IMG/VR virus record: IMGVR_UViG_3300029305_011788
Location: 1-64,000 of that record
Strand: one strand, 5' to 3'
DNA from: a virus
Lineage: Duplodnaviria; Caudoviricetes
Length of the DNA: 64,000 nt
This document shows, in pieces, positions 45,626 to 56,142 of this stretch (within the stretch, counting starts at the first letter, position 1; each line of letters begins with the position of its first letter). The notes under the pieces are model-generated. The model searched no databases and was not told the DNA's origin. It was given only the letters and a program-made list of their open reading frames with translations. A program made the position numbers and the translations under genes.

Positions 45626-46720
45626 TCAGTACTCCCACGGAAGCCCCTGCTTTCCGAAGTGTCCGTAGGCGGAAACCTTGTTATAATCTACATCCAGCAG
45701 ACCAAGGCTCTCGATGATGCCCCTCGGCGTAAGGTCGTAGTTTTCACGGACATACTGGTTGATAAACTCAGCGTCCTGATGCTCCGTACCGAAGGTCTCC
45801 ACATAGACCGACACGGGCTCTGCCACACCGATGGCGTATGAAATCTGCACCTCTGCCTTGTCTGCGTATCCGGCACTGACGATGTCCCTTGCGATCTTGC
45901 GGGCGGCATACGCACCGCTGCGGTCGACCTTGGACGGATCCTTGCCGGACATTGCACCGCCGCCGATGTGTCCGATGCCGCCGTAGGTGTCGCAGGCGAG
46001 CTTGCGCCCGGTCACACCGCAGTCAGCAAAAGAGCTGCCGAGGACAAAACGGCCGGTCGGATTCACGAGCTTTGTGAAGTCGGTGTTCAGCCCGTATTCA
46101 GTGGCAGTTCGGATCATGATGCTCTCGATGATCTCACGGAAGTCATCAACCTCAACATCACGGAGATGCTGTACCGAACAGAGGAAGGTCGTGATCCTGC
46201 CGGTATCATAATCAAAGCTGACCTGCGCCTTGGCATCGGCTTTGAGCATACGACAGGGGTAGGCTTTCAGCAGTTCCAGAGATCTGGTCGCCAGCGCGAA
46301 GGGGATCGGGAGCAGTTCCGGCGTTTCGTTGGTCGCATAACCGTACATCATACCCTGATCTCCTGCACCGCCGGTATTCACACCGAGAGCAATATCGTTG
46401 CTCTGGTGATCGATCAGAATGGCGATGTCAAGATCATCTGCTGTGAAGTCCAGCTTATAGTCAAGTCCTGCATCTGCGCTCTCTGCACCGCCGTTGTTGA
46501 TGCAGTCAAACACCTGCTGCACAAGTGCCTTATAATCCGGCTCATGTGTGCTTATCAGTTCACCGGCGATCACAAGGCAGCGGTTCTTGAAAAGGCACTC
46601 GATTGCAACACGGCTACTACGGTCATGGCGAAGGCAGTCGGTCACAATGGCATCTGCGATCTGGTCACAGATCTTGTCGGGGTGTCCAGCGGATACCTGT
46701 TCACTTGTAATGATTCTCAT
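45626..46720 (-). CDS. metK: S-adenosylmethionine synthetase
   Basis: SEQVSAGHPDKICDQI, GAGDQG, GRKLACDTYGG, GGGAMSGKDPSKVDRS, SAYGHFG. Confidence 0.95.
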   Translation of the reverse strand: MRIITSEQVSAGHPDKICDQIADAIVTDCLRHDRSSRVAIECLFKNRCLVIAGELISTHEPDYKALVQQVFDCINNGGAESADAGLDYKLDFTADDLDIAILIDHQSNDIALGVNTGGAGDQGMMYGYATNETPELLPIPFALATRSLELLKAYPCRMLKADAKAQVSFDYDTGRITTFLCSVQHLRDVEVDDFREIIESIMIRTATEYGLNTDFTKLVNPTGRFVLGSSFADCGVTGRKLACDTYGGIGHIGGGAMSGKDPSKVDRSGAYAARKIARDIVSAGYADKAEVQISYAIGVAEPVSVYVETFGTEHQDAEFINQYVRENYDLTPRGIIESLGLLDVDYNKVSAYGHFGKQGLPWEY

Positions 46721-46870
46721 ATTCTTGTTCCTCCTGAATGATTGATCGTTGGATTTTGACCTTGCCACGCTTTGTCGCTTACACACTCTTTGTCAGTGAC
46801 AGCATCGGGCAAGGTTCAAAACATGATTTTTCCCTATTCTTCTTATCTTTTCTATTATTTTTATTTATTT

Positions 46871-46958
46871 GGGGCAAGTAGGGGCAAGTAAAAATAGTAA
46901 TATATATAAGAGAAGTAATAATAATAACCACCGAAAAAACTTGCCCCACGCTGCCCCA
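46871..46958. repeat. Candidate replication origin: GGGGCAAGTA x2, AT-rich core, inverted CTTGCCCC/CTGCCCC
   Basis: Direct and inverted repeats flank an AT-rich core immediately downstream of the primase-helicase. Confidence 0.5.
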
Positions 46959-46997
46959 ACTGCGGAAAACAGCGTAAATACGGAGAAAAGTCTGCGT

Positions 46998-49427
46998 TCA
47001 CTCTAAAGCTGCAAACTCCTCCGGCTCGTCAGCTTCGCCGTTTTCATGATCCAGGAAACGACAGCCCACAAGCATCGTTGTTTTCTGCGCACCCTTTGTA
47101 TCGTTCGGGCGCTTGCGGATAATCGGGAAAAAACGCTGGATCGCGTTATTGAAGTTGGTGCTGTTCTCCTTGCGGTAGCCATACTTATCGCACCATTCAC
47201 CGTACAGCTTATATGCCGCAGAGGTTCGGACTTCAAATGCTTCGCCTTCTTCGAGCCACGCATCCACAAACTGCCCGATGCGGTCAGACTCCTCCTGATA
47301 CTCCTTGGTTGCCTGAGATACAGCAGCCGGATCTTCCAGACCTTCGGAACGGAACCGCTTATATCCCTCATAGCACCAGTTGAAGATGGCAGAGAGACAG
47401 ACATCCGTACTGAAAAACGCCTTCAATCCCTTGTCCTGCTCATGTTCCTCGAAATGACGTTTGAATGGGATGAGCTTTAGACGATTGGAATAAAACAGCG
47501 TCATATCGGACACGGACGGTTTGTAATTCGTATTGATGAAGATCTTGAAATTCGGTCGGAAGTCAAAAGAATTCTCGTGCAGGAAGCGGGCATTCAGTGT
47601 ATCGTTACCTGTCATTCTCTTGACAAGTGCTGCATTGAAGGTGATCTTCTTCTCCGGCTCGGAGATATTGACAAAACGGACACCCGCAAGGCGAGCAATC
47701 TCCTCAGACGGTCCGGACGCATTGGTGTTGCCGAATTTTGTAGACAGCATTTCCGGATTGGAGGTCTTGCCGTAATCACCCATAATTTTGAGAAAGGTCT
47801 CCATTGTGGTACCTTTACCGTTTCGGGAGGTAGCACCGTAGAGGATGAACAGGCATTCAAGCGATGTGTCGCCTGTGAGAGCATAGCCGAGAGCCTTCTG
47901 CAAGTATAATGCGAGGTCAGCATCGTTACACATAACTTCGGAAATGAACTGCTCCCATCTCGGACAGGTGGCATTCGGATCATAAGTGACGCCGGACATC
48001 ATGGTGAGAAAGTCTGCCGGATCGTGCGGACGGAATTCACCTGTGGTGAGGTTCAGTGTACCGTTCTGACAGTTGAACAGATCAGTATTGCGGTCAAAGA
48101 TAGCGTGCGGCACAGGATACACGGATTTCGCATCTTCAATCATGGTGCGGCGGTTCTTCCGCATCTGCAGCTTTTGAACACGCTTGATGTAACGGTTGCG
48201 GGTGTCCTCATCCTTGATCTGAAGGGCAAAGGTATACAGCCTGTCTGCCAGACGCTTTGCAAGCTCCGCCACAGCAAGCGCGTTCTCATCCGGCTGCCAC
48301 ACCTTTCCGTCAAAGACATACCAGATGCCGCGTTCACGGTCGAAACGAGCGATGGGCTTATAATAATCTGCAAAAGCATAGCCGATGCCGATCTCGTCAC
48401 GCTGATAGCGGGGATTCGTGTGCGGCTGCATTTCTTCCAATGTCAGAGAAACATGGGTGAGATCCGGCTCAAACATAAGCTGCTCATTTTCCGCATCGCC
48501 CTCGATATCGTCAAAGTCATCCTCTGCCGTAGAATCTGCAATTGGTGTATAGACAGCGGAATTGGTAGCGACAGCATTGCGAATAGTGATCTGTCCGTAG
48601 GTCGCATCACCGGTCTTGCGATCCCACTTATCACGCATAAGTCCAGAGGTGCGGAAGATACGGTCGATCTGCTCCTCCACATTGCCGCACCAGAAGCAGA
48701 GCATGGACACGAATGCCATATCTGCATCGGACTGCGAATCATAGCCTTCCTCCCAGTTGCCCTCGTAAAGCGCTTTGAACTTGTCGCCGGATTCAGATGC
48801 CAGTGCATGAGCGATCACGCCATCGTCATCCAGATAAGACGATGCTTCAATGGTTTTTGCAGACATACGAGTGCTGCGCTTCATGAAGGTGTCAAGCAGA
48901 TTGCGGAGCGCATCATCGTCACGCTCCACTGTGCCGGGGCGGAACATATCGCCCGTAACGGTTACAAAGCGGTTGGTCGTTCCCGGCAGATAGACCTCCA
49001 GTCCGTGCTTGCGATTGTTGATGTAGTACACGGTCTTATCGTAGGCGAAATCAGGGCTGAGTTTGAAGAAGCCTCGCAGTCCGGTACCGGAGGGAGAGCG
49101 TTCAAAGTAAGCAGTTGAGAAGATACCGAGAATGGATGCAGCCACATCATTCAGGCTTCCGTCTTCACGGATACAGTGGTCAATATCAATGGCACCGATA
49201 CCCTCGCTGACACGGTAGCCGATGCCGTCCCATCCGCCGATGGCGTACGCCTTCATTGCGGTCTTGAAGTCAGTGAAGGTAGACGGATCGTTGGTTCTCG
49301 CCATTGCGCCAGTGCGTGGATTATACGGCACTTTGGTGGGGCGACCGCTGCGCTTCTCCATCTTCCATACACAGAACGATGCAGACTGTTTCAGCACATC
49401 GGGGATATTCACGAAATTTACAGACAT
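46998..49427 (-). CDS. Primase-polymerase (NrS-1-like) fused to D5/P4-type SF3 helicase
   Basis: IDIDHC and SPSGTGLR (prim-pol), SQSDADM helix bundle, SRNGKGT Walker A, LIPF. Confidence 0.88.
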   Translation of the reverse strand: MSVNFVNIPDVLKQSASFCVWKMEKRSGRPTKVPYNPRTGAMARTNDPSTFTDFKTAMKAYAIGGWDGIGYRVSEGIGAIDIDHCIREDGSLNDVAASILGIFSTAYFERSPSGTGLRGFFKLSPDFAYDKTVYYINNRKHGLEVYLPGTTNRFVTVTGDMFRPGTVERDDDALRNLLDTFMKRSTRMSAKTIEASSYLDDDGVIAHALASESGDKFKALYEGNWEEGYDSQSDADMAFVSMLCFWCGNVEEQIDRIFRTSGLMRDKWDRKTGDATYGQITIRNAVATNSAVYTPIADSTAEDDFDDIEGDAENEQLMFEPDLTHVSLTLEEMQPHTNPRYQRDEIGIGYAFADYYKPIARFDRERGIWYVFDGKVWQPDENALAVAELAKRLADRLYTFALQIKDEDTRNRYIKRVQKLQMRKNRRTMIEDAKSVYPVPHAIFDRNTDLFNCQNGTLNLTTGEFRPHDPADFLTMMSGVTYDPNATCPRWEQFISEVMCNDADLALYLQKALGYALTGDTSLECLFILYGATSRNGKGTTMETFLKIMGDYGKTSNPEMLSTKFGNTNASGPSEEIARLAGVRFVNISEPEKKITFNAALVKRMTGNDTLNARFLHENSFDFRPNFKIFINTNYKPSVSDMTLFYSNRLKLIPFKRHFEEHEQDKGLKAFFSTDVCLSAIFNWCYEGYKRFRSEGLEDPAAVSQATKEYQEESDRIGQFVDAWLEEGEAFEVRTSAAYKLYGEWCDKYGYRKENSTNFNNAIQRFFPIIRKRPNDTKGAQKTTMLVGCRFLDHENGEADEPEEFAALE

Positions 49428-49924
49428 TCAGGTTCGCTCCTTTCCATAATTTTTTCCAGCGCAAACTGTGACAGCACCGCATTCTCGATGCGGTTCATCG
49501 CTTCATCATCGGAAATATGCCCTGCATAGGTTCTCAGTGCATACTTACTGATGGTGGTAAGCTGCTCTGCCAACACCATTGACGGTGCGAGAAGCTGACT
49601 GCCGCCGGTGACGCTGTGCGGATCAAGCTGTGTATGACAGGGCAGCTCCGGCTTCTTCAGATGCTTGGTCATCGGAAGCACATTGACGGTGTCAGCGTGA
49701 GCGTTGCCGATGTTGTTGGAGATAATAACAACGGGGCGTGTGCCGGACTGCACACTGGAATTGGGATGTGCGCCGAGGTTGGCAAACCAGACGTCTCCGC
49801 GCTGCGGCGTGCGGTCTGGGAGAACATATCCCGTGCGCTGCACTGGTGCAGAGATATACTTCCTCGGATCAAAGCCGAGCCCTCTGTGGTATTCGATTTT
49901 CATACGGTTATTCTTTCGAGCCAT
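49418..49924 (-). CDS. MazF/PemK-family protein
   Basis: RGDVWFANL....VQSGTRPVVIISNN...VNVLPMT...EQLTTISK. Confidence 0.8.
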   Translation of the reverse strand: MARKNNRMKIEYHRGLGFDPRKYISAPVQRTGYVLPDRTPQRGDVWFANLGAHPNSSVQSGTRPVVIISNNIGNAHADTVNVLPMTKHLKKPELPCHTQLDPHSVTGGSQLLAPSMVLAEQLTTISKYALRTYAGHISDDEAMNRIENAVLSQFALEKIMERSEPECL

Positions 49925-50067
49925 ATAATTTTCACCTCCACATTGTCATTTTTCACAATCACGAATCTGCGATATTTTTGTGAAAAAGTTGCTTTGAAAA
50001 AATTTCGGTTTTTTGCTATAATAGAAATACAGCGAAAGCTGAATAAATACGGAGTGAGTGTGCAGTT

Positions 50068-50316
50068 ATGAAAAGGATTCAGGCGGCCTGCATCCTGCAG
50101 ACACTCAGATTTCAGCAGAAGGAAGACAGCGGTCTTTCCGTTGAAGCTATGCTGAAGCTGAATCGTTCTGAGGTGCAGAAATACAAGGCGCAGTTAGACA
50201 AGAACAAGACAAGATATAAGATCGATGAGGAAAGCGAACAGCCGGACGGCGCGATCATTGTTCGTATCCGCAAGGAATACAACAACGGTGCCGCTGTCGG
50301 CGAATACTTCGACTAA
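50068..50316 (+). CDS. 82-aa hypothetical moron with own promoter and terminator
   Basis: TTGAAA-17-TATAAT upstream; GAGAGCAG/CTGCTCTC-TTTTT downstream. Confidence 0.75.
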   Translation: MKRIQAACILQTLRFQQKEDSGLSVEAMLKLNRSEVQKYKAQLDKNKTRYKIDEESEQPDGAIIVRIRKEYNNGAAVGEYFD

Positions 50317-50433
50317 TCGATATCACCCGGAGAGCAGTCCACAGTGGCTGCTCTCTTTTTCGTTACCGATTTGTCGCCGCTTTGCCGTCTTTCTGTCGTC
50401 AATAAAGGGCAGATCATACGGACTGTATATTGG

Positions 50434-51804
50434 TTACAATCTTGCTTTGACCGCTGCGATCAGCTTCTCCTGCGTCACATCCTTTGAAGCAAGTGCTTTG
50501 AGTACATCCTCGTCCACAGTGTCTTTTGTTACGATGTGGTGGATCGTGACAGTGTTCTGCTGTCCCTGCCGCCAGAGTCTTGCGTTGGTCTGCTGATAAA
50601 GCTCCAGACTCCACGTCAGTCCGAACCAGATCAGGATATGACCGCCGGACTGAATATTGAGTCCATGTCCTGCCGATGCAGGGTGTATCAGAGCAACAGC
50701 AATCTTTCCGGCGTTCCAGTCTGTAATATCGTCGGAATCCTTAATATCCCTCGGAGCATAACCACAGGCGGTCAGATGCTCTATAATTCGGGTGCGGTCA
50801 TGCTTGAACCAGTAACCGATCAGCACAGGCTGTCCATTTGCTGCTTCGATCAGATCTTCCAGCATTTCCAGCTTTCGACTGTGAATGGTGCGCGCTTCCT
50901 TATTTTCGTCATAGACAGCACCGTTCGCCATTTGCAGGAGCTTATTACTGAGACTCGCAGCGTTGGCAGCATCAATATCGCCGTCCTCAAGTGGAATAAT
51001 AAGGTCGTGCTTCATTTGATCGTAGAGCTTTCGCTCCGCCGCATTCATCTCGACCTCATGATTGACATACACGCACTCCGGCATATCCAGATAATCCAGT
51101 GCTTTCATGGATATTGTAATATCAGAAATTTTCTGATATATCTGTTCTTCTGCTCCGGGACGGGGTGTATACGAGAACACCACACCCGTACTCGGATTCA
51201 TGCTGCCGGGTTTGAAGTAGCTTTCACGAAAGCGCCCGATGAATCGTCCGAGCCTTTCGCCGCCGTCAAGGATACCGATTTCCGCCCACAGATCCATCAG
51301 ACCGTTGGATGTCGGCGTTCCTGTCAGCCCGACCCAGCGTTTCACGAACGGGCGCACCTTCCGAAGCCACTTGAAACGCTGTGACTGATAATTTTTGAAG
51401 GAACTCAGCTCGTCAATGACGATCATGTCAAAATCCCAGCGCAGGCCGTTTTTCTCGTAATACTCCACAAGCCATTTCACGTTCTCACGATTCACGATGT
51501 AAATAAAAGCATTATGATTGACTGCGGCGGTGCGCTCCTTGACGCTGCCGACAATGACAGATATTTCAAGATTCTGCAAATGATCCCACTTTTTCACTTC
51601 GGCAGGCCATGTGTCACGGGCTACTCTAAGGGGTGCGATCACAAGCACCTTGTTCACTTTCAGCTCGTCAAACATCAGGGCGTTGAGGGCTGTCAGCGTG
51701 ATGATCGTCTTGCCGAGTCCCATGTCCAGGAATAATGCCGAAACAGGATGCTCTCGAATATATTCGATACAGTACTTCTGGTAATCGTGGGGTGTGTATT
51801 TCAT
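50434..51804 (-). CDS. SNF2-family helicase
   Basis: DMGLGKT, VIDELS, GLTGTP, GHGLNIQ, ARLWRQGQ motifs. Confidence 0.92.
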   Translation of the reverse strand: MKYTPHDYQKYCIEYIREHPVSALFLDMGLGKTIITLTALNALMFDELKVNKVLVIAPLRVARDTWPAEVKKWDHLQNLEISVIVGSVKERTAAVNHNAFIYIVNRENVKWLVEYYEKNGLRWDFDMIVIDELSSFKNYQSQRFKWLRKVRPFVKRWVGLTGTPTSNGLMDLWAEIGILDGGERLGRFIGRFRESYFKPGSMNPSTGVVFSYTPRPGAEEQIYQKISDITISMKALDYLDMPECVYVNHEVEMNAAERKLYDQMKHDLIIPLEDGDIDAANAASLSNKLLQMANGAVYDENKEARTIHSRKLEMLEDLIEAANGQPVLIGYWFKHDRTRIIEHLTACGYAPRDIKDSDDITDWNAGKIAVALIHPASAGHGLNIQSGGHILIWFGLTWSLELYQQTNARLWRQGQQNTVTIHHIVTKDTVDEDVLKALASKDVTQEKLIAAVKARL

Positions 51805-52268
51805 CCGGTATCATCCTCCAACTCATAGAATCCTGCCAGATCGTCCGGATCAATCGGTTCCAGTGTCTCTCCGAAATCGTCCATCTCCGATGGCAGCGTT
51901 GTGATCTCCAGATCAGGTATCTTTGCTCCGATACCCTCCGAAAACGGTTCACCGGGTGTCCAAGTAAGGATCGCATCAATGCAGGGTCTGATCTGATACA
52001 GCTTGTCAATGCAGAGAACCGGAAAGCCCAGCTTCATAAGCTGGTATCTCCGTTTTCTTTGCAGCGGGCGCATCATTTTGCCCGGTGCTTTCAGCTCGAC
52101 AAACACTGTCTTTGCAGGAAAGAACAGAACGAGTCTGTCCGGCAGCCCGTTCGCTGTCTGCGATGTCAGCTTATATGCCACACCACCCGCGGCCTTGACT
52201 GCCTTGACAAACTCGTTCTCAACAACATATTCTCTCAATGCCTGCCGTCCTTCCAGTATTCGCACCAT
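51801..52268 (-). CDS. VRR-NUC nuclease
   Basis: GLPDRLV...FVELKAPG..MRPLQ; the exact start is uncertain. Confidence 0.8.
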   Translation of the reverse strand: MVRILEGRQALREYVVENEFVKAVKAAGGVAYKLTSQTANGLPDRLVLFFPAKTVFVELKAPGKMMRPLQRKRRYQLMKLGFPVLCIDKLYQIRPCIDAILTWTPGEPFSEGIGAKIPDLEITTLPSEMDDFGETLEPIDPDDLAGFYELEDDTG

Positions 52269-52468
52269 CCGGACGGGAACGGCGTATGACAGCAGTTTCC
52301 GTAGAAGCGACAGTTCTCACAGCACTGGTCGTCTACATACAGTTCCTCGTCGCTGTGGTCGTAATCGTCATAGCCGCCGCGGGTGTAATTACAGATCTCC
52401 GGCACAGGATATCCGCGGCGTTTCCTGCGTGTTTTATATCCTTTTCTGTCTTTCCAAGTTCTGCTCAT
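52235..52468 (-). CDS. Small Cys-rich hypothetical
   Basis: CCENCRFYGNC...WCEYW. Confidence 0.6.
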   Translation of the reverse strand: MSRTWKDRKGYKTRRKRRGYPVPEICNYTRGGYDDYDHSDEELYVDDQCCENCRFYGNCCHTPFPSGWCEYWKDGRH

Positions 52469-53514
52469 GCGTTGATCTCCTTCCACTGTGTTTTCGGCAT
52501 GGTCGCTACCTGCCAGCCGATACCTTCCAGCGCAGTGGCTCTGTCGTAGGACTCTACATCCTGCGAAGCACGCGTGATGGCATTGCTCAGACCGTAGAGG
52601 GAGAGATCGCCGCCCTGAATCAGGTAATTGAGAATGCTGTCCTGTTCCGGCTGATTGAGGTCATACGCCTTACCGGTCAGTTCAATGACATCCTGCACAC
52701 GTCCTGTGATCTTTGCGCCGTGACTCTGCTCTAGTACGCCGACGATCTGAGTGAATCTTGCTTCTTCAATCGCGGCAAGCGTTGTGTCACGGAGTTTCAG
52801 CATAAATGCGTGGTCTTCCGCTTCAAGCGTTTCATCTGTATAGATATTGAAGCTGTCTTCCAGCGCCTTCGCAGCTCTGCCCACATGGGTACGGCGTTCG
52901 CCCATACTGTTGACCACCATACCATTGGTGCAGGCAAGCGTATAAACAAGCGGCTGCACGGAAACTGCGCCGAGTCCGACTTCGGAATTGGAAATGATAA
53001 CGCCCGCCTGAACTCTGTCTCCGACACACGCCATTTCAAGGCGGTGATTGACGATCTTCAGATACAGCTTGTTCTCCGTGACCTCACAGCTCATGACCTC
53101 CATACCGTCCTGACCTGCGAACAACGGCAACACCGCCGATGCAATTTCCAGATTGTCGATGCGGCGATAGCGGTCAGAGAGGAGCGCACGGGCGACCTGT
53201 CCGCTGCCGTAGTCAAGCGTTCTGACCATGTAGCTGTTGCCCTTGTCGGAGAACCATGCGTTCACGTTATCTGCCAGAAGCTCCGGCTTCTGTTTCTGCA
53301 TCATATCATAATATCTCGCGGGGATACCGAGTGCCGATGCCACCTGACGGTGAAAAAGCTGTGTAGTGCCGAAGCTGTGATCGTCTCCGATGTGGAAGGT
53401 GCTGCCGTCCTCGTCCAGACGGAATGCCTCCGCCGCACCGATATAGTCCTGCTTTGCCGAATTCTGACGCTGAAGCTCTGTCAGAACCTCCGGTAATGCT
53501 CGTCCCTGTTTCAT
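52465..53514 (-). CDS. DUF932-like phage protein
   Basis: RALLSDRYRRIDN, ISNSEVG.G, LACTNG motifs. Confidence 0.7.
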   Translation of the reverse strand: MKQGRALPEVLTELQRQNSAKQDYIGAAEAFRLDEDGSTFHIGDDHSFGTTQLFHRQVASALGIPARYYDMMQKQKPELLADNVNAWFSDKGNSYMVRTLDYGSGQVARALLSDRYRRIDNLEIASAVLPLFAGQDGMEVMSCEVTENKLYLKIVNHRLEMACVGDRVQAGVIISNSEVGLGAVSVQPLVYTLACTNGMVVNSMGERRTHVGRAAKALEDSFNIYTDETLEAEDHAFMLKLRDTTLAAIEEARFTQIVGVLEQSHGAKITGRVQDVIELTGKAYDLNQPEQDSILNYLIQGGDLSLYGLSNAITRASQDVESYDRATALEGIGWQVATMPKTQWKEINA

Positions 53515-53526
53515 AGAAATATCCTC

Positions 53527-55482
53527 CTAGTCTTTGAAATAGTAATTGCCTGTATATCCTGCAGAGGACAGCGGAAGGCCGTCCGCCCATGCCGGATTCC
53601 GGTTCATGATACTGCAAACCTCGTCCACAGTGATACTGCCCTTCGGCACTTCCAGAATAACCTCGTCATGCACATGGCCGACGATACCGAGCCCTGCAAG
53701 CTCCATCCGGCGCATTGCCTCCGCAAGCAGGTCACGGGCGGTCGCCTGTGTGATGTTCTCGGTCAATTTTCCGCTGTAGGTCTCGCCGCGTGTCCACTTG
53801 TTGTTTGCACCGAGCCCTTCAAAGGTCAGTGCCATGCGCCCGAAACGGTTCGGCTGTAATTTCGGTTTGATGTAGGCAAGCCTGCGACCTGACGGCAGCA
53901 CGATCCACAGTGTATTTGCAGAAAACTGAAAACCGATCCTGCCAACGGTTCTGTCCGTATGGTCCTTTACTGTTTCGATCGCCGCTTTTTCCACGGCATA
54001 CCAGAATTTCACGATCTCCGGGTTTGCATCGCGCCAGCTTGAAATGATGTCGGGAAGTTCGTCCTCTTTCAAACCCATATCCAGTGCGCCCATTGAGATC
54101 AGCGCACCTGCACCTCCGCCGTAACCGCAGGCCAGTTCTGCGACCTTACCTTTCTGCCGCAGTTCACCGTTGATACCGTGCTTCACAACAGGCACTCCAA
54201 ACATTTGCGATGCCGATGCACAGTAGATGTCTTTGCCTTCAGTGAATGCATCCAGCCGCCATTGCTCTCCGGCAAGCCATGCAAGCACACGAGCCTCGAT
54301 AGCAGAGAAGTCAGCCACGATAAACTCACAGCCATCTTTCGGAATGAGCATCGTGCGGATCAGCTGTGACAGAATATCCGGCGTATTGCCATACAGTGCT
54401 TCGATCATATCGAAACAGTCCATTTTCACAAGCTCTCTTGCTTCATCGAGGGTAGAGATATGATTCTGCGGCAGATTCTGCAATTGAATCCCGCGTCCTG
54501 CCCAGCGCTGTGTGCGGTTCGCACCGGAGAACTGAAACAGTCCGTGTGCTCTGCCGTCCTCGCAGATATATCTCTCCGCCGCCTGATACTTTTTCACAGA
54601 GGACTTTGCCATCTGCAATCGCAGCTTCATCATATCCAGAGCTTCACCGTCTGCGCTGTGCTTGTCAAGGTCTGTGATAAGAGAAGCGACATTCTTTTTG
54701 CCGAGGGAATCCACCTCGATGCCGCGTTCTTCCAGCCAGCCCTTCAGCTGAGATACAGAATTCGGGTTTTCAAGTCCTGTCAGAGCGTAGGCGCGTTTCG
54801 TCATTTCCTCAGACATTGCCATATTGCAGATGATTGCCTGCTGCACCAGTTCTTTGTCGATCAGGATGCCGCGGTCATTGATACGCTGATCCATGTGGTA
54901 GTAGTCCCATTCCTGCGGGAGCAGGGGGAACTTTTCAAGTCTACGACGGATATCCCGCTCGGTCTCCACGTCCTGTATGCAGTAGCTTTTGAACAGCTTC
55001 CAGTCCTCTGGGGCGTGCTCAGGCAGATTCCTTGTTCTGCCGCCGTTTGCTTTGGTGGGCTTACAGGGCAGAGAGAAATAACGGATAAGACGCTCACCGA
55101 CAGCGTCCTTCTGCTGTGCGGTCTTCAGAGCCTGTGCCGCAGTTGCCAGCTTCAGCGGCAGGGACAGCGATGCCGCCCAGACCATCGTGCATTGCCAACT
55201 GTCCGGGGAAAGCTGTGTGCCGAGATACTTCGACAAACAGGTGCGCTCAAATTGCGCGTTCCATGCCGATTTGATAATATTGTCATCCTGCAGCGCATCC
55301 ACGACATCTGCCGGGAGCTGCTCCCCGCAGGCCATATCCACACATTTTGTTTCTTCATCGTCAAAGGCGTATGCGAACAGCAGAATATGAAAGTCGCCCT
55401 CAACATAGCGGTACACGCCGCAGTTCGGGAGGTCAACATCCGAATAGGTTTCTAAGTCGATGGAAAGTACACGTCTGCTCAA
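53527..55482 (-). CDS. Family A DNA polymerase
   Basis: DLETYS exonuclease I, DFSAIEARV (A), RQKGKVAELACGYG (B), HVHDE (C). Confidence 0.93.
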   Translation of the reverse strand: MSRRVLSIDLETYSDVDLPNCGVYRYVEGDFHILLFAYAFDDEETKCVDMACGEQLPADVVDALQDDNIIKSAWNAQFERTCLSKYLGTQLSPDSWQCTMVWAASLSLPLKLATAAQALKTAQQKDAVGERLIRYFSLPCKPTKANGGRTRNLPEHAPEDWKLFKSYCIQDVETERDIRRRLEKFPLLPQEWDYYHMDQRINDRGILIDKELVQQAIICNMAMSEEMTKRAYALTGLENPNSVSQLKGWLEERGIEVDSLGKKNVASLITDLDKHSADGEALDMMKLRLQMAKSSVKKYQAAERYICEDGRAHGLFQFSGANRTQRWAGRGIQLQNLPQNHISTLDEARELVKMDCFDMIEALYGNTPDILSQLIRTMLIPKDGCEFIVADFSAIEARVLAWLAGEQWRLDAFTEGKDIYCASASQMFGVPVVKHGINGELRQKGKVAELACGYGGGAGALISMGALDMGLKEDELPDIISSWRDANPEIVKFWYAVEKAAIETVKDHTDRTVGRIGFQFSANTLWIVLPSGRRLAYIKPKLQPNRFGRMALTFEGLGANNKWTRGETYSGKLTENITQATARDLLAEAMRRMELAGLGIVGHVHDEVILEVPKGSITVDEVCSIMNRNPAWADGLPLSSAGYTGNYYFKD

Positions 55483-55534
55483 TAATGATCACCACCTCTT
55501 GTGTATGTAAAAGGGAGGACACACCTCCCTTGTC

Positions 55535-56116
55535 TCAGTTCAGAAAATCCATATCATCATCGTCAAGCTCGTCGGCATCATCGCCCTCGACCTCCACAAA
55601 ATCGGATGCCGCAGTCGGTCTGCCGGCAAGACGCTCGCCGTGACGGACAAGCTGGATGTTCTGGAGTCCTGCCGCGATGCCCTTGTTGCCGGATGCTGCG
55701 AAACCGTAGAAATTGACGGACACATTGCAGTAGTCGCCGCTGCCGCACTCCATAGGATCCAGGATCGGCTGCACATGACGGTCAACGATCTGCGGTGCGT
55801 CCTTGCTCGTTGCGTTGAAGAAGAAATGACCAGCATAGTTCTCATCGTCCGGACGGTCGATGTCGCCGTCGTGCATCGGCAGCTTGAGATTTGCGGGGAT
55901 CTTGCCGTTCCACTTCTTCTCCTTGGCGGCTTCCTTCGCAGCCTCGATCGCCTTCTTGATCTTGGCGAGGGTAGCCTTGTCATCCTTGGGGATCAGCAGA
56001 GAGACGGAATACTTCTCATCGCTGCCGTTGATGCTCTTGGGCTCCCAGATGTTTGCAAAAGAGATGCGGCAGGGCACGATGACCTTGGTTGCGGGTGCTG
56101 TATTGTTGTTTGCCAT
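55535..56116 (-). CDS. ssDNA-binding protein (DUF2815-like)
   Basis: KYSVSLLIPK, GNKGIAAGLQNIQ, acidic C-tail. Confidence 0.85.
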   Translation of the reverse strand: MANNNTAPATKVIVPCRISFANIWEPKSINGSDEKYSVSLLIPKDDKATLAKIKKAIEAAKEAAKEKKWNGKIPANLKLPMHDGDIDRPDDENYAGHFFFNATSKDAPQIVDRHVQPILDPMECGSGDYCNVSVNFYGFAASGNKGIAAGLQNIQLVRHGERLAGRPTAASDFVEVEGDDADELDDDDMDFLN

Positions 56117-56142
56117 TGTTTTTTCCTCCTGTAATGTAGTTT

